DNA from: an uncultured Clostridia bacterium
GTDB taxonomy: Bacteria > Bacillota > Clostridia > Christensenellales > CAG-314
Assembly: GCA_947625725.1 (NCBI GenBank)
Contig: CANQPI010000007.1
Span: forward strand, 2,168-66,167
Reading direction: 5' to 3'
DNA length: 64,000 nt
Shown here: in pieces, positions 44,257 through 54,437 of the stretch
Numbering within the stretch: the first letter of the stretch is position 1
Layout of the letters: every line of letters starts with the position of its first letter
Program-made: the position numbers and the translations under genes
Notes under the pieces: model-generated
Database searches by the model: none
Seen by the model: the letters and a program-made list of their open reading frames with translations, nothing else
Told to the model about the DNA's origin: nothing

Positions 44257-45558
44257 TTACAAATTTTTTAACGTATTGGTTATTGATTTTATCGCCCTGT
44301 CCGAATAGGCGATCTTCCTTTGAGTTTTGTCGCGTATTTTTTCGCTTAACGGCGCCAATATCCCGAAACTGCCGTTCATGGGCGAGTATTCGCCGTAATC
44401 TACGGATACGTGTTTGCACAACGCGCCGACAATCGTTTCGTCGCCGAAATCCAAAGGTTGTTGACCGCCGAAAATGCGATATGCCTGAATCGCGGCTATC
44501 AAACCGCTTGCCGCCGATTCCATATTCCCCTCGACGCCCGTCAACTGTCCCGCAAAAAACAATTTCGGGTCGGTTTTCAACTGAAAGTTGCAATTCAAAA
44601 ATTTTGGCGCGTTGATATAGGTATTTCGGTGCATGACCCCGTAACGAACAAATTCCGCGTTTTTCAATGCGGGTATCATCGAAAAAACTCGCTTTTGTTC
44701 GCCGTATTTGAGATTGGTCTGAAATCCCACCAAGTTGTAGCGCGTGCCGTCGGCGTCCTCTTTGCGCAGTTGCAAAACCGCATAGGGCTTTGCTCCCGTG
44801 CGTTCGTCACGGAGTCCGACGGGTTTGAGCGGTCCGAAACGCATTGTATCCTCGCCGCGTTTTGCCATTACTTCGATCGGCATGCACCCCTCAAACACGT
44901 TGTTTTCAAAATCTTTCAACTCCACCGTTTGTGCGGATATGAGATTTTGATAGAAATCAAGGTACTGTTCTCGGTTCATAGGACAGTTTACGTAGTCCGC
45001 GTCGCCTTTGCCGTAACGGCTGGCGACAAACGCGCTGTCGAAGTCGATACTGTCGGCTTGCACAATGGGGGCGACCGCGTCAAAGAAGTACAAAAATTCT
45101 TTGCCGAATATATTGCGGAAAGCGGGGATCAACGCCTCGTCGGTCAGCGGACCCGTTGCAACTATCACAAAATCGTAGCCGTCGATATCAAGCGAGTTTT
45201 CCGTTTTGTCCACGCGGACAAAGTTCGGAAATTCTTGCAAAGTTTGCGTTACCTTTTGAGAAAATGCAAACCTGTCAACCGCCAACGCGCTGCCTGCGGG
45301 AACGCGAGTTTGCTCGGCTGTTTTGACGACAAGACTGTCCAACAAACGCATTTCCGCTTTGAGCAGTCCGCTCGACGTGGCAACGTCGTCGCTCTTGAAT
45401 GAATTGGAGCAAACGACTTCGCACAATGTTTCCAAATGATGAGCGGGAGAAAATTTTGTGGGTTTCATTTCCGCAAGGGTGACGTCCACGCCCCGTTTGA
45501 GCAATTGATAGCAAGCCTCGCAACCGGCAAAACCGCCTCCGATAACCTTAACTTTCAC
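44257..45558 (-). CDS. trmFO: Methylenetetrahydrofolate--tRNA-(uracil-5)-methyltransferase TrmFO
   Basis: 433-aa ORF with the [14 protein letters not shown] motif. Gene order topA-trmFO-hslVU. Confidence 0.95.
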   Translation of the reverse strand: MKVKVIGGGFAGCEACYQLLKRGVDVTLAEMKPTKFSPAHHLETLCEVVCSNSFKSDDVATSSGLLKAEMRLLDSLVVKTAEQTRVPAGSALAVDRFAFSQKVTQTLQEFPNFVRVDKTENSLDIDGYDFVIVATGPLTDEALIPAFRNIFGKEFLYFFDAVAPIVQADSIDFDSAFVASRYGKGDADYVNCPMNREQYLDFYQNLISAQTVELKDFENNVFEGCMPIEVMAKRGEDTMRFGPLKPVGLRDERTGAKPYAVLQLRKEDADGTRYNLVGFQTNLKYGEQKRVFSMIPALKNAEFVRYGVMHRNTYINAPKFLNCNFQLKTDPKLFFAGQLTGVEGNMESAASGLIAAIQAYRIFGGQQPLDFGDETIVGALCKHVSVDYGEYSPMNGSFGILAPLSEKIRDKTQRKIAYSDRAIKSITNTLKNL

Positions 45559-47770
45559 TCACTTCACCGCCGTCAAAACCGCACTCTTTGTTGGAACAGC
45601 GCACGTATTTTTTTCCGCGAAGGGTTTTGTACACCAAATGCGCGCCGCACTTTGGACAAAGTTTGCCCGTGGGCACGTCCCACGAAACGAAATCGCAATT
45701 GGGATACCCTGTGCAACCGTAGAAAGTGATCCCTCGCTTGGATACGCGCTTTGTGACGTCCTTGCCACATTTGGGACACTTGGCGACTACTTCCGTAATC
45801 GGTTTGGTGTTGCGACAGTTGGGATAATTGCTGCAAGACAGGTACTTGCCGTATTTGCCCTCGCGCTCCAACATTTTTGCTCCGCAAACTTCGCAAATTA
45901 TATTTGTTTCCTTGGGGGGAGTTTTTTCTTTCAAACTCTTGATGTTCGAGCATGCGGGGTAGTTGCTGCAAGCAAGATACTTGCCGTACTTGCCTGTTTT
46001 TATTACCATCTGAGCGCCACACTTGTCGCAAATAACGTCGGACATTTCGTCCTGCAACGCAACTTTGTGACCGTGCATTGCGACGTCAACTTCCTTTAAC
46101 AACGGCTTGTAGAAACTGTCCACGACGTTGTACCAAGGCTCGTTGTCGTCCTCGATAGCGTCCAGACGGTCTTCCATTTCCGCGGTAAACTGAACGTCCA
46201 CCACCTCGCTGAAATATTTTTGCAAATATTCCGTCACCTGCACGCCCAGATTGCTGGGGACAAGCGCCTTGCCCTCTTTGTTTACGTAGTCGCGCTTGTA
46301 CAAAGTTTGCATTATCGTCGCGTAGGTACTCGGACGTCCGATACCCTTTTCTTCCATTGCTTTGATAATGCTTGCCTCGGTGTAGCGCGCGGGCGGTTTG
46401 GTAAATCTTTGCTCGGGGTTGAGTTTGATAAGTTTGAGGTTGTCCCCCACGACAAGTTGCGGCAAATTGGGATTTTCGTCCTCTTCGTCCTTATCCTTGG
46501 ATTTGATTTCGCCGTATATCGCCAAATACCCGTCAAACGTCAACGTTTTGCCCGTAACGGACAATCCGTAATTACCGCAGGCAACTCCAACGGAAACGCT
46601 GTTGTACGTTGCGGGAGCGGCTTGACTTGCGAGAAACCGCTCGTATATGAGTTTGTACAACAAATATTGATTGCGCTGTACCTTGTCTTTGATGGAATCG
46701 GGCGTAAGATCCAGGTTTATCGGACGGATAGCCTCGTGAGCGTCCTGCGCCTGTTTTTTCGTGGCGTAAAAATTGGGTTTTTCGGGAATATAATTGCTTC
46801 CGTATTTATGCGCGATATGGTCGCGAGCGGCAAACACGGCGTCGGTAGATACGCGCACCGAGTCGGTACGAATGTATGTCACCAAAGCGACATGCCCCAT
46901 TCCCGCGATATCGAAACCCTCGTACAACTGTTGCGCCACGGACATTACCACGTTAGAGGACATACGCAGTTTGTTTACCGCGTCCTGTTGCATAGTGCTT
47001 GTGGTAAAGGGCGGTTGCGGACGGGAAACGGTGACGGATTTTTTGACTGAGGACACCGTGTATTCGGCGGAATTGAGCGTTTTGAGCGCCTCGTCGCATT
47101 GCTCTTTGTTTTTGAGTTTGAGTTTTTTCCCGTCTTTTTCCGTTAGCGTAGCGTTGAACTGCGGCTTGAATTTGGGTTTTTCCAACAGAGCGGAAACGTG
47201 CCAAAACTCCTCGGGCTTGAACTTTTGAATTTCCTTTTCCCTATCCACGATAATGCGCAACGCGGCGGATTGAACGCGCCCCGCGGACAATTTGTTCGTA
47301 ATTTTTTTGCACAACACGGGCGAAAGCGTGTAGCCCACGAGTCTGTCCAAAACGCGCCGCGCCTGCTGTGCGTTTACCAGACCCTTGTTGATATAGTCGG
47401 GATTTTGTATCGCGTTGTTGACGGCTTTTTTGGAAATTTCGTTGAACATAATGCGGTTTTTCTCTTTGGGATCGAGATTGAGCGCGCATTGCAAGTGAAA
47501 AGATATCGCTTCGCCCTCGCGGTCAGGGTCGGTCGCGAGATACACGCGTTCCGCTTGCGCCACTTCCTTTTTGAGCCGTTCGATAGTTTCGTTTTGTTCC
47601 GATTTGCGCGCAGAAAGTTGCGGTTCGTAGTTGTTGTTGAAATCAATGCCCATTTCTTTGTCGGGCAAATCCCAAATGTGTCCGCGCGACGCGTCTACGC
47701 GGTATTCCGGTCCGAGATATTTTCCTATTGTCTTTGCCTTCGCCGGCGATTCGACAATTACAAGTTTCAT
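45548..47770 (-). CDS. topA: DNA topoisomerase I
   Basis: 740-aa ORF with Toprim LVIVESPAKAKTI, the catalytic ..YIRTDS.., and three C-terminal C4 zinc ribbons. Confidence 0.95.
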   Translation of the reverse strand: MKLVIVESPAKAKTIGKYLGPEYRVDASRGHIWDLPDKEMGIDFNNNYEPQLSARKSEQNETIERLKKEVAQAERVYLATDPDREGEAISFHLQCALNLDPKEKNRIMFNEISKKAVNNAIQNPDYINKGLVNAQQARRVLDRLVGYTLSPVLCKKITNKLSAGRVQSAALRIIVDREKEIQKFKPEEFWHVSALLEKPKFKPQFNATLTEKDGKKLKLKNKEQCDEALKTLNSAEYTVSSVKKSVTVSRPQPPFTTSTMQQDAVNKLRMSSNVVMSVAQQLYEGFDIAGMGHVALVTYIRTDSVRVSTDAVFAARDHIAHKYGSNYIPEKPNFYATKKQAQDAHEAIRPINLDLTPDSIKDKVQRNQYLLYKLIYERFLASQAAPATYNSVSVGVACGNYGLSVTGKTLTFDGYLAIYGEIKSKDKDEEDENPNLPQLVVGDNLKLIKLNPEQRFTKPPARYTEASIIKAMEEKGIGRPSTYATIMQTLYKRDYVNKEGKALVPSNLGVQVTEYLQKYFSEVVDVQFTAEMEDRLDAIEDDNEPWYNVVDSFYKPLLKEVDVAMHGHKVALQDEMSDVICDKCGAQMVIKTGKYGKYLACSNYPACSNIKSLKEKTPPKETNIICEVCGAKMLEREGKYGKYLSCSNYPNCRNTKPITEVVAKCPKCGKDVTKRVSKRGITFYGCTGYPNCDFVSWDVPTGKLCPKCGAHLVYKTLRGKKYVRCSNKECGFDGGEVSES

Positions 47771-48858
47771 TCTACTCCTCCATAAAGTCGGTAGGAATTG
47801 CCTGCCGACTTTGCAATTATACTCCTTAATTCCAAATTTGCCAACAAAAAATTCATATCGGCGGGAGATATTCCCGTTTGGGCGATCAACTCGTCAAAAG
47901 ACAACTGTCCGCCGACCGTCAGAGCGTTGACTATCTTCTGTTCGTCGATACTCATCTGGTAGACCTGTTTTTCGTGCGGCGTAACGTCCAATCCGTAAAA
48001 ATCCACTATATCTCTCGGCGTGGTTACGCAAGCCGCCTGCAATGATTTTATCAATGCGTTGCTTCCCCAAAATCCTGGGTCGTAAATTTCTCCCGGTACG
48101 GAAAACACGTCCCTGCCCTGTTCCAAAGCCAACTCCACCGTAGAGTTAGTGCCGCTCTTTGCAGGGGCTTGACACACGAGAACGCCCTTGGACAAACCGG
48201 AAACTATTCGGTTGCGATGCGGAAATCGGTACGCAAAAGGCGGAGCCGTCAAGCCGTACTCCGATACCAGCAGTCCCTCGTTGGCGACAATTCTGTCCGC
48301 CAGACCTTGATTTGTCGCAGGATACACGTTGAGGATACCGCCGCCGAGTACGGCGATCGTTTTTCCGTTTTCTTCCAACGTCGTTTCGTGAGCGACGCTG
48401 TCCACGCCGTAAGCAAGTCCGCTTACGATAGTAAAATATTCGCACAAAATCGCGCTGAAATCCTTTGCGACGCGCCTTCCGTAAGAAGAAACTTTGCGAG
48501 TGCCTACAACTGCCAAACAGTCGCTTGACAGCAAAGAGGTATCCCCTTTGCAAAAAAGCACATAGGGCGGGTCGTCGATCGTTCGTAGTTGCTCGGGATA
48601 ATCCGCCGAATACCAAGTGACCGCAACGGCGTCGTGCGCGTTCAGTTCGTCGATAATTTTGTCAAATCTGTTATTTTTGATACCGTCCTTGATGTCGGAA
48701 TAGTTGGACTGCAAAATTTTTTCCGCCGAAACGTTCTTGCCCAAATTGACCGTCAATTCCTCGGCGCAGTCAAACAAATTTCGCGTTTCGAAAAACTTTG
48801 ACGACGGCACTCCCGCCGCTCCGAACAGCAAGCAAATTTTTTCTTCCGATGTGTACAT
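47767..48858 (-). CDS. dprA: DNA processing protein DprA (Smf)
   Basis: 363-aa ORF with ..AVVGTRKVSSYGR.. and ..GLAYGVDS.. plus a C-terminal winged-helix extension. Confidence 0.9.
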   Translation of the reverse strand: MYTSEEKICLLFGAAGVPSSKFFETRNLFDCAEELTVNLGKNVSAEKILQSNYSDIKDGIKNNRFDKIIDELNAHDAVAVTWYSADYPEQLRTIDDPPYVLFCKGDTSLLSSDCLAVVGTRKVSSYGRRVAKDFSAILCEYFTIVSGLAYGVDSVAHETTLEENGKTIAVLGGGILNVYPATNQGLADRIVANEGLLVSEYGLTAPPFAYRFPHRNRIVSGLSKGVLVCQAPAKSGTNSTVELALEQGRDVFSVPGEIYDPGFWGSNALIKSLQAACVTTPRDIVDFYGLDVTPHEKQVYQMSIDEQKIVNALTVGGQLSFDELIAQTGISPADMNFLLANLELRSIIAKSAGNSYRLYGGVE

Positions 48859-48859
48859 T

Positions 48860-50383
48860 TCAAACCCTGTATTTTCTGTCTAAGGCACGATACTGCAATG
48901 CCTCGGCGACATGCTTTACGGCTATATTCTGCGCTCCGTCCAAATCGGCTATCGTACGCGCGACTTTGAGTATGCGATTGTAGGCGCGCGCAGACAAATT
49001 GAGTATCTTGAAAGACTCCTCCAACAACTTTGCCCCCGAACTATCCAATTTGCAGTACTTTTTGATGTCCGCGGGAGTCATCTGCGCGTTGCAACGCCTA
49101 CCGACGGAGGCAAGGCGCGACATTTGCACATTACGAGCCTTGTTTACGCGGGCGCGTATCGCCGAAGAAGGTTCGGCAAGGTCGTCCTGCTGCAATTGAT
49201 CGTAAGTTACGTTGTCCACTTCGATGTGAATATCTATTCTGTCCAAAAGCGGTCCGGAAAGTTTGTTGAGATACTTGTGAATCTGCGCCGCGCTGCACTT
49301 GCACTCGGCGGTCGCGCTGCCGTAGTTACCGCAGGGACAGGGGTTCATGCTGGCGATCAGCATAAAATCGGCGGGATAGGTTACGGACAAGGCATTGCGC
49401 GAAACGGTTATTACTCCGTCCTCCAAGGGTTGGCGCAAAGTTTCCAACGCTTGCCTGCTGTACTCGGGCAATTCGTCCAAAAACAGCACTCCGTTGTGCG
49501 CCAGAGAAATTTCTCCCGGGCGCGCTTTGTTGCCGCCCCCTGTCAACGCCACCATCGTTGCCGAATGGTGAGGAGAACGGAACGGCCGTTCGTAAATAAA
49601 CCCGTCGAGTTGTCCGCAAACGCTGTGAATTTTGGCGACTTCCAACGCCTCGTCGAAGGTCAGGTTGGGCATTATGGACGGAACGGCGCGAGCCAACATC
49701 GTTTTTCCCGCTCCGGGAGGTCCTATCATTAAAATATTGTGTCCGCCCGCCACGGCTATCTCCATGGCGCGCTTTGCGGCATACTGCCCCTTGATATATT
49801 TGAAATCGTTGTCGGAGTGATTTACTTTGACATCGTTTTGCCAACTGCGGCAGGAAATCGGTTCCAAACTTGCCGCGCCCGTCAAAAAATCCACCGCCTG
49901 GCGCAAATTCTCAACGGCATAAATTTCCGCGCCCTCGATGAAAACCGCCTCGCCTGCGTTTTGCTTGGGAATGACGAAAAGTTTTTCTCCCTGTTGCGCG
50001 GCGGTAATAAGCATGGGGAGCAACCCGTTGACTTTGCGCACTTCGCCGTTGAGGGACAACTCGCCCAAAACAACCGCGCGCTTGATACTGTGGTAATCTA
50101 TTTGTTTGCTGGCGGCAAGCATGCCCACCGCAATGGGCAAATCGTACAGACTGCCCTCCTTCTTTACGTCGGCAGGCGCAAGATTGATAACCATGGCGGC
50201 GACGGGGTAACTGTATCCGCTGTTTTTGATCGCCGAGCGAACGCGTTCCTTGGATTCCTTGACGGCGGTGTCCGCCAAGCCCACTATGTCGTAGGAGGGT
50301 ATCCCCGCATGCAGATCCACCTCTGCCTGTACGGGAAAACCGTCAAGTCCTTTTAACCCAAAACTTTTGATCAACGCAAGCAT
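48860..50383 (-). CDS. comM: Mg-chelatase-like AAA+ protein YifB/ComM
   Basis: Track ORF trimmed to MLALIKSFGLKG.. (ATG 50383, GGAG RBS). Walker A GPPGAGKTMLA. Confidence 0.9.
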   Translation of the reverse strand: MLALIKSFGLKGLDGFPVQAEVDLHAGIPSYDIVGLADTAVKESKERVRSAIKNSGYSYPVAAMVINLAPADVKKEGSLYDLPIAVGMLAASKQIDYHSIKRAVVLGELSLNGEVRKVNGLLPMLITAAQQGEKLFVIPKQNAGEAVFIEGAEIYAVENLRQAVDFLTGAASLEPISCRSWQNDVKVNHSDNDFKYIKGQYAAKRAMEIAVAGGHNILMIGPPGAGKTMLARAVPSIMPNLTFDEALEVAKIHSVCGQLDGFIYERPFRSPHHSATMVALTGGGNKARPGEISLAHNGVLFLDELPEYSRQALETLRQPLEDGVITVSRNALSVTYPADFMLIASMNPCPCGNYGSATAECKCSAAQIHKYLNKLSGPLLDRIDIHIEVDNVTYDQLQQDDLAEPSSAIRARVNKARNVQMSRLASVGRRCNAQMTPADIKKYCKLDSSGAKLLEESFKILNLSARAYNRILKVARTIADLDGAQNIAVKHVAEALQYRALDRKYRV

Positions 50384-50536
50384 ACATTTCTCCATTGTAA
50401 AATATCTAAATATTAGTATAACGACCAAAACAAAATTTAGCAACAAATTTTTGAAATAAATATTTTAATATATTTCGAAAAAACGCAATCGAAATTTATT
50501 CGACTGTCCGATAGGCGCGAGGCGACTCGACTTGTT

Positions 50537-51286
50537 TTACTGTGCGGAGTGCGCAGACTGCCTGTTTTTACATCTCACAAACAACAAATAGACGGTGCAA
50601 TAACCCACAAAAATAACGACGTACGTCAAAACGAGTAAAAACACGGCAAGACCGCGCCCCACGTTTAGCATGGCGGCAAAACTGTCCAAATCGAAAATCA
50701 CGTAGGGAAACCACCTGATTTTGTAAGCAAATTCTCCCAAAAGTTTGACGGAAACGCAGTATATCGACGCATAAAGCGCAACGAGCGGCAAACCCAAACG
50801 AACGTTGCCTTTTGAGGCGGGGACTCGCAAAAAAGCAATCAACGAAAATACAAAATACACATAATGAGCAATGAGATTGCTGCCCAAATTGTGAATTGCC
50901 GACAAACTCGTATCCCACAAACCGAATGTGATCGGTTTGGAACAAAGTTCGAACACGGTATATAAAACCGTTGTCAAGCAGTAATTTGCGAAGGAAAAAG
51001 AAAGAACCGTGCTTTTGCAACAAAAAAGCCTTACTTTGTTCCATCTGCACAGCGAAGAAAGACCAAACAATATATTCCACGTTCCGAAAAACAGCAAAGT
51101 TTTATATGAGAAAAAAGTCAAGTCCGCCCAACCGACAACAACGTTCGTACCGATATACACGTCTACGTTAAAATCGATATGGTCCGTATTGTGAAAGTGA
51201 ATGATATGACTTACGACCAACCACCAGGCGATCGCTCCTACCGCTATGCAAGATATATATCCCAATGTTTTGCGAACACGCGTCAT
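50537..51286 (-). CDS. Hypothetical multi-pass membrane protein
   Basis: 249-aa ORF with several hydrophobic segments. I recognise no family motif. No SD. The promoter geometry suggests a leaderless mRNA. Confidence 0.6.
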   Translation of the reverse strand: MTRVRKTLGYISCIAVGAIAWWLVVSHIIHFHNTDHIDFNVDVYIGTNVVVGWADLTFFSYKTLLFFGTWNILFGLSSLCRWNKVRLFCCKSTVLSFSFANYCLTTVLYTVFELCSKPITFGLWDTSLSAIHNLGSNLIAHYVYFVFSLIAFLRVPASKGNVRLGLPLVALYASIYCVSVKLLGEFAYKIRWFPYVIFDLDSFAAMLNVGRGLAVFLLVLTYVVIFVGYCTVYLLFVRCKNRQSAHSAQ

Positions 51287-51292
51287 AAAGGT

Positions 51293-51321
51293 ATTTTAAT
51301 ATACAAAGCAATATTCGTCAA
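51293..51321 (-). promoter_or_regulatory. Promoter candidate TTGACG-17-TAAAAT placed for a leaderless transcript
   Basis: On the reverse strand, -35 is at 51321-16 and -10 at 51298-93. The A of ATG 51286 is the 7th nt after the -10 hexamer. Confidence 0.4.
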
Positions 51322-51326
51322 TATAC

Positions 51327-51351
51327 AAAAAAGCGACCCTGTGCGGATCGC
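51327..51351 (-). terminator. Terminator after rplS
   Basis: On the reverse strand, the imperfect stem GCGAUCC/GGGUCGC is followed by UUUUUU. Confidence 0.55.
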
Positions 51352-51365
51352 TTGTTTGTTTGAAG

Positions 51366-51704
51366 TTATTTAGAAGATTTGACTTTGGCGGCTTTGCCCG
51401 TGCGCTCGCGCAGGTAATACAACTTGGCGCGCCTCACGTCGCCTTGACGAACGACGACAATGCTTTCGATCTTGGGGCTGTGCAACGGGAAAGTTCTTTC
51501 CACGCCGATACCGCTGGAAATGCGCCTTACGGTAAAGGTTTCGCGAAGTCCGCCGTGTTTGCGAGAAATTACGATACCTTCGTATGCCTGAATTCTTTCC
51601 TTGTTACCTTCGATAACCTTAAAGTTGACGCGCACCGTGTCGCCCACTTTGAAACTCGCCACCTCTCTCAAAGATTCGGCTTCGATTTGATTGATGATGT
51701 CCAT
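51366..51704 (-). CDS. rplS: 50S ribosomal protein L19
   Basis: 112-aa ORF with ..[26 protein letters not shown]... Confidence 0.95.
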   Translation of the reverse strand: MDIINQIEAESLREVASFKVGDTVRVNFKVIEGNKERIQAYEGIVISRKHGGLRETFTVRRISSGIGVERTFPLHSPKIESIVVVRQGDVRRAKLYYLRERTGKAAKVKSSK

Positions 51705-51788
51705 TTGACTTTTCCTCCAAAAAAATTTTTGTTAACTAAGCGTTCATACACTTGTTCAAGTCAGAGGACCGCCCGAAGTCACTTGTAT
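51705..51788 (-). promoter_or_regulatory. Structured rplS 5' leader (possible L19 autoregulatory leader)
   Basis: The reverse-strand leader contains CAAGU..C(UUCG)G..ACUUG and a direct repeat of ACAAGUG. An L19 leader motif is known in Firmicutes. No covariance model was run. Confidence 0.3.
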
Positions 51789-51817
51789 ATATTAACACAT
51801 TGCAACAAATTTGGCAA
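51789..51817 (-). promoter_or_regulatory. Promoter candidate for rplS (TTGCCA-17-TAATAT)
   Basis: On the reverse strand, -35 is at 51817-12 and -10 at 51794-89, with a 17-nt spacer. Confidence 0.45.
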
Positions 51818-51882
51818 CTAAAATCGCTAAACTTAATTTCAACAAATCTTTTTGCGATTTTGAGCATATTTTCGGGGCAAAA

Positions 51883-51918
51883 TACACTATTATGTCTGAA
51901 ATAGTAGTATATAAAACG
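51883..51918. repeat. Copy B of the recurrent quasi-palindromic element
   Basis: Plus strand reads TACACTATTATGTCTGAAATAGTAGTATATAAAACG. Lies 28 nt downstream of the yraN stop and upstream of the rplS promoter. Confidence 0.55.
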
Positions 51919-51945
51919 GCGATTTTCGTCATTGTAGTGACAAAA

Positions 51946-52290
51946 TCAAGGGCGATAAGCGTCTATGATATGAGTGACTGTCGAACGAAATATCTCCACT
52001 ACGTCAAACCTGACGGGTACGCCCGTAAGATTTTTTTTGAACAGCCAATACTGCGCGCATTTGATTATCGTTTGCTGTTTGTGCCAATTCACCGCCTCCC
52101 TCGGCAAGCCGAATTTGTCGTTTTGACGCGACTTGACTTCCACAAAGACGACATAAGTACCGTCGGATACGATCAAATCTATCTCGCCGAAATGACAGGA
52201 AAAATTGCGTTCCAAAATTTGATACTTTTTCTTTGACAAATATTTCGCGGCAATATCTTCGCCGCTACGTCCCGACTCCCGCGTGTTCAT
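51946..52290 (-). CDS. yraN: YraN-family (UPF0102) endonuclease-like protein
   Basis: Track ORF trimmed to MNTRESGRSGEDIAAKYL.. (ATG 52290, ATGA overlap with the rnhB stop). ..GEIDLIV..VFVEVK.. motif. Confidence 0.8.
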   Translation of the reverse strand: MNTRESGRSGEDIAAKYLSKKKYQILERNFSCHFGEIDLIVSDGTYVVFVEVKSRQNDKFGLPREAVNWHKQQTIIKCAQYWLFKKNLTGVPVRFDVVEIFRSTVTHIIDAYRP

Positions 52291-52886
52291 ACTTCGACGA
52301 AATGTCCGATAAAGGTTTTGCGATGTATCGGGCAAGGACCGTATTGTTTGAGCAAACGAATGTGCTCCGCCGTGCCGTAACCTTTGTGCTTGGCAAACCC
52401 ATACTGAGGATACTGTTTGTCAAATTCTTTCATCAACCTGTCGCGGGTGACTTTGGCGACAATGCTTGCCGCGGCAATGCTGTAACTCAAAGCGTCGCCG
52501 TGAATAATGGAGATAGTAGGTACTTGAACGTTAAGTTTGACCGCATCTATCAACACGGCATCCGCGTGGGAAAATTCGTCGATACACTGTATCATTCCCC
52601 GCTTGGTTGCATTGAGAATATTGATTTGATCTATCGTTTGATTGTCTATGACAGCGACCCTGACATCTATCGCCGCGCTTGTAATTTTGTCGAAAAGAAT
52701 TTCGCGTTTCTTTTCCGACAGTTTTTTGCTGTCGTTGACGCCCTCGATCAAATTATCCAAGGGCATTATTACTCCCGCCACTACTACGGGACCTGCCAAA
52801 GGACCCCTGCCCGCCTCGTCGATACCGCCTATAAACGCGGCTCCGCCGCGTAGCAGTTGATTTTCGTAATACATCATATCCGTCAT
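52287..52886 (-). CDS. rnhB: Ribonuclease HII
   Basis: 199-aa ORF with GIDEAGRGPLAGPVV. Confidence 0.95.
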   Translation of the reverse strand: MTDMMYYENQLLRGGAAFIGGIDEAGRGPLAGPVVVAGVIMPLDNLIEGVNDSKKLSEKKREILFDKITSAAIDVRVAVIDNQTIDQINILNATKRGMIQCIDEFSHADAVLIDAVKLNVQVPTISIIHGDALSYSIAAASIVAKVTRDRLMKEFDKQYPQYGFAKHKGYGTAEHIRLLKQYGPCPIHRKTFIGHFVEV

Positions 52887-52911
52887 CTTCCGTTCCCTCC
52901 GAAAATTCGCG

Positions 52912-53766
52912 CTATTGAATGATCTCGGGAGGTAAATCGAAAGTGATTTTTCCTATTTTGCCCTTACGAAAATCGTCCAATATCGCTTTTGCGCAACGCT
53001 CGCGATCGATTTCGCCGCCTTTGAGCAAAAAACCGCGCCTAACGGCTATTTCATCAAACAGTTCGTTCACTTTTTTGTCACGACATTGCGTTTTGTACCG
53101 CCGTTCCAAAAGTTCGGGATACAATTGACAAAGTTGTTCGAGAAGCGAATTCGCCACCTCGCACACGTCCACGACGTCGTCCTTGACGCTTCCGATAAAG
53201 CACAAACGCGAAGCAACCGTTTCGTTGTCGAATTTGGGCCAAAGCGTTCCGGGAGTATCCAACAGTTCCAGACCGGAACTCAATCTTACCCATTGTTTGC
53301 CCTTGGTCACGCCCGGTTTGTCGCCTGTGATCAAAGCCTTTTTGCCAGACAAGCAATTTATCAATGTGGATTTGCCGCAATTAGGCACGCCGATTATCAT
53401 AAAGCGAATGGGTTTGAATACGCCTTTGCTCCTCAATTTGTCTTTGAGGTTTTGCGTTGCCTGTTCGAACAAAGAGGCGATCTTGCCCGCCTCCGCAGAC
53501 ATAGTTGCCGTCACGCTTGCAAAAGGTTGATTTTGAGCGCGAAAATAGTTTCGCCAAATAGCGATTTTGCCATCATCCGCCAGATCGCATTTGTTGAGAA
53601 TAAACACGCACGGTTTGTTTCCTATCAGCGACTGAAAACTCGGATTGAAGCAAGACAAAGGAGCGCGTGCGTCCAGCACGTACCCCACGGCGTCTACTAT
53701 TTTTACATTTTCCTCCATCATTCGGAGCGCTTTGGTCATGTGACCGGGAAACCATTGTATATTCAT
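52912..53766 (-). CDS. rbgA: Ribosome biogenesis GTPase A (YlqF)
   Basis: 284-aa ORF with MNIQWFPGHM, a circularly permuted G domain (NKCDL..GVPNCGKST). Confidence 0.9.
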   Translation of the reverse strand: MNIQWFPGHMTKALRMMEENVKIVDAVGYVLDARAPLSCFNPSFQSLIGNKPCVFILNKCDLADDGKIAIWRNYFRAQNQPFASVTATMSAEAGKIASLFEQATQNLKDKLRSKGVFKPIRFMIIGVPNCGKSTLINCLSGKKALITGDKPGVTKGKQWVRLSSGLELLDTPGTLWPKFDNETVASRLCFIGSVKDDVVDVCEVANSLLEQLCQLYPELLERRYKTQCRDKKVNELFDEIAVRRGFLLKGGEIDRERCAKAILDDFRKGKIGKITFDLPPEIIQ

Positions 53767-54437
53767 TTTTTATCCAACAGATCGGGACGGTTTTTGCGCG
53801 TGATTTCCAACGATTGCTCGCGTCGCCATTTATCCACATTGGCGTGATTTCCGCTGACAAGTACTTCGGGGACCGTCCTTCCCAAAAAATTTTGCGGGCG
53901 CGTGTACTGAGGGTACTCCAACAGAGTTCCCGAAAATGACTCGTCTACCGTAGATTCAAGGTTGCCCAACACGTCGGGGACATATCGCAACATACTGTCG
54001 ATAAGCACCATTGCGGGGATCTCTCCTCCGCTCAACACGTAGTCGCCGATGGAAATTTCTTCATCTATATCCATATCGAGAACGCGCTGATCCACACCCT
54101 CATAGTGTCCGCAAAGCAACAAAATGCGTTCCTCCGACGAAAGTTCCCTTACCAAACTTTGCGTCAAAACTTTGCCGCGAGGCGACAAATAAATTCTTTT
54201 CGCGCGGTGATCGGGATCGACAAACGCAATGCAGTCATGTATCGGTTGCGGCGTCATTACCATGCCTGCGCCGCCGCCGAAAGGAGCGTCGTCGCATTTC
54301 TTGTGTTTGTCAGAAGAATAATCGCGTATGTTGTGACAGTTCAGTTCGTAAATTCCTTTTTCACGCGCTTTGCCCATAAGCGAGGAATTGAAAACGTCGA
54401 ACATCTCGGGGAAAAGCGTCAAAACGTCAATCTTCAT
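53763..54437 (-). CDS. trmD: tRNA (guanine37-N1)-methyltransferase
   Basis: Track ORF trimmed to MKIDVLTLFPEMF.. (ATG 54437). Confidence 0.95.
   Translation of the reverse strand: MKIDVLTLFPEMFDVFNSSLMGKAREKGIYELNCHNIRDYSSDKHKKCDDAPFGGGAGMVMTPQPIHDCIAFVDPDHRAKRIYLSPRGKVLTQSLVRELSSEERILLLCGHYEGVDQRVLDMDIDEEISIGDYVLSGGEIPAMVLIDSMLRYVPDVLGNLESTVDESFSGTLLEYPQYTRPQNFLGRTVPEVLVSGNHANVDKWRREQSLEITRKNRPDLLDKK

Noticed and set aside
51792-51932. 46-aa ORF (MTKIAVLYTTISDIIVYFAPKICSKSQKDLLKLSLAILVAKFVAMC) running through element copy B, plus an 18-aa ORF through copy A sharing ..LY.TISDI..
   Set aside because: Neither has an SD. The 46-aa frame runs across the rplS promoter, and the shared peptide is simply the translation of the shared DNA element. 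I treat the element as a DNA or RNA signal.
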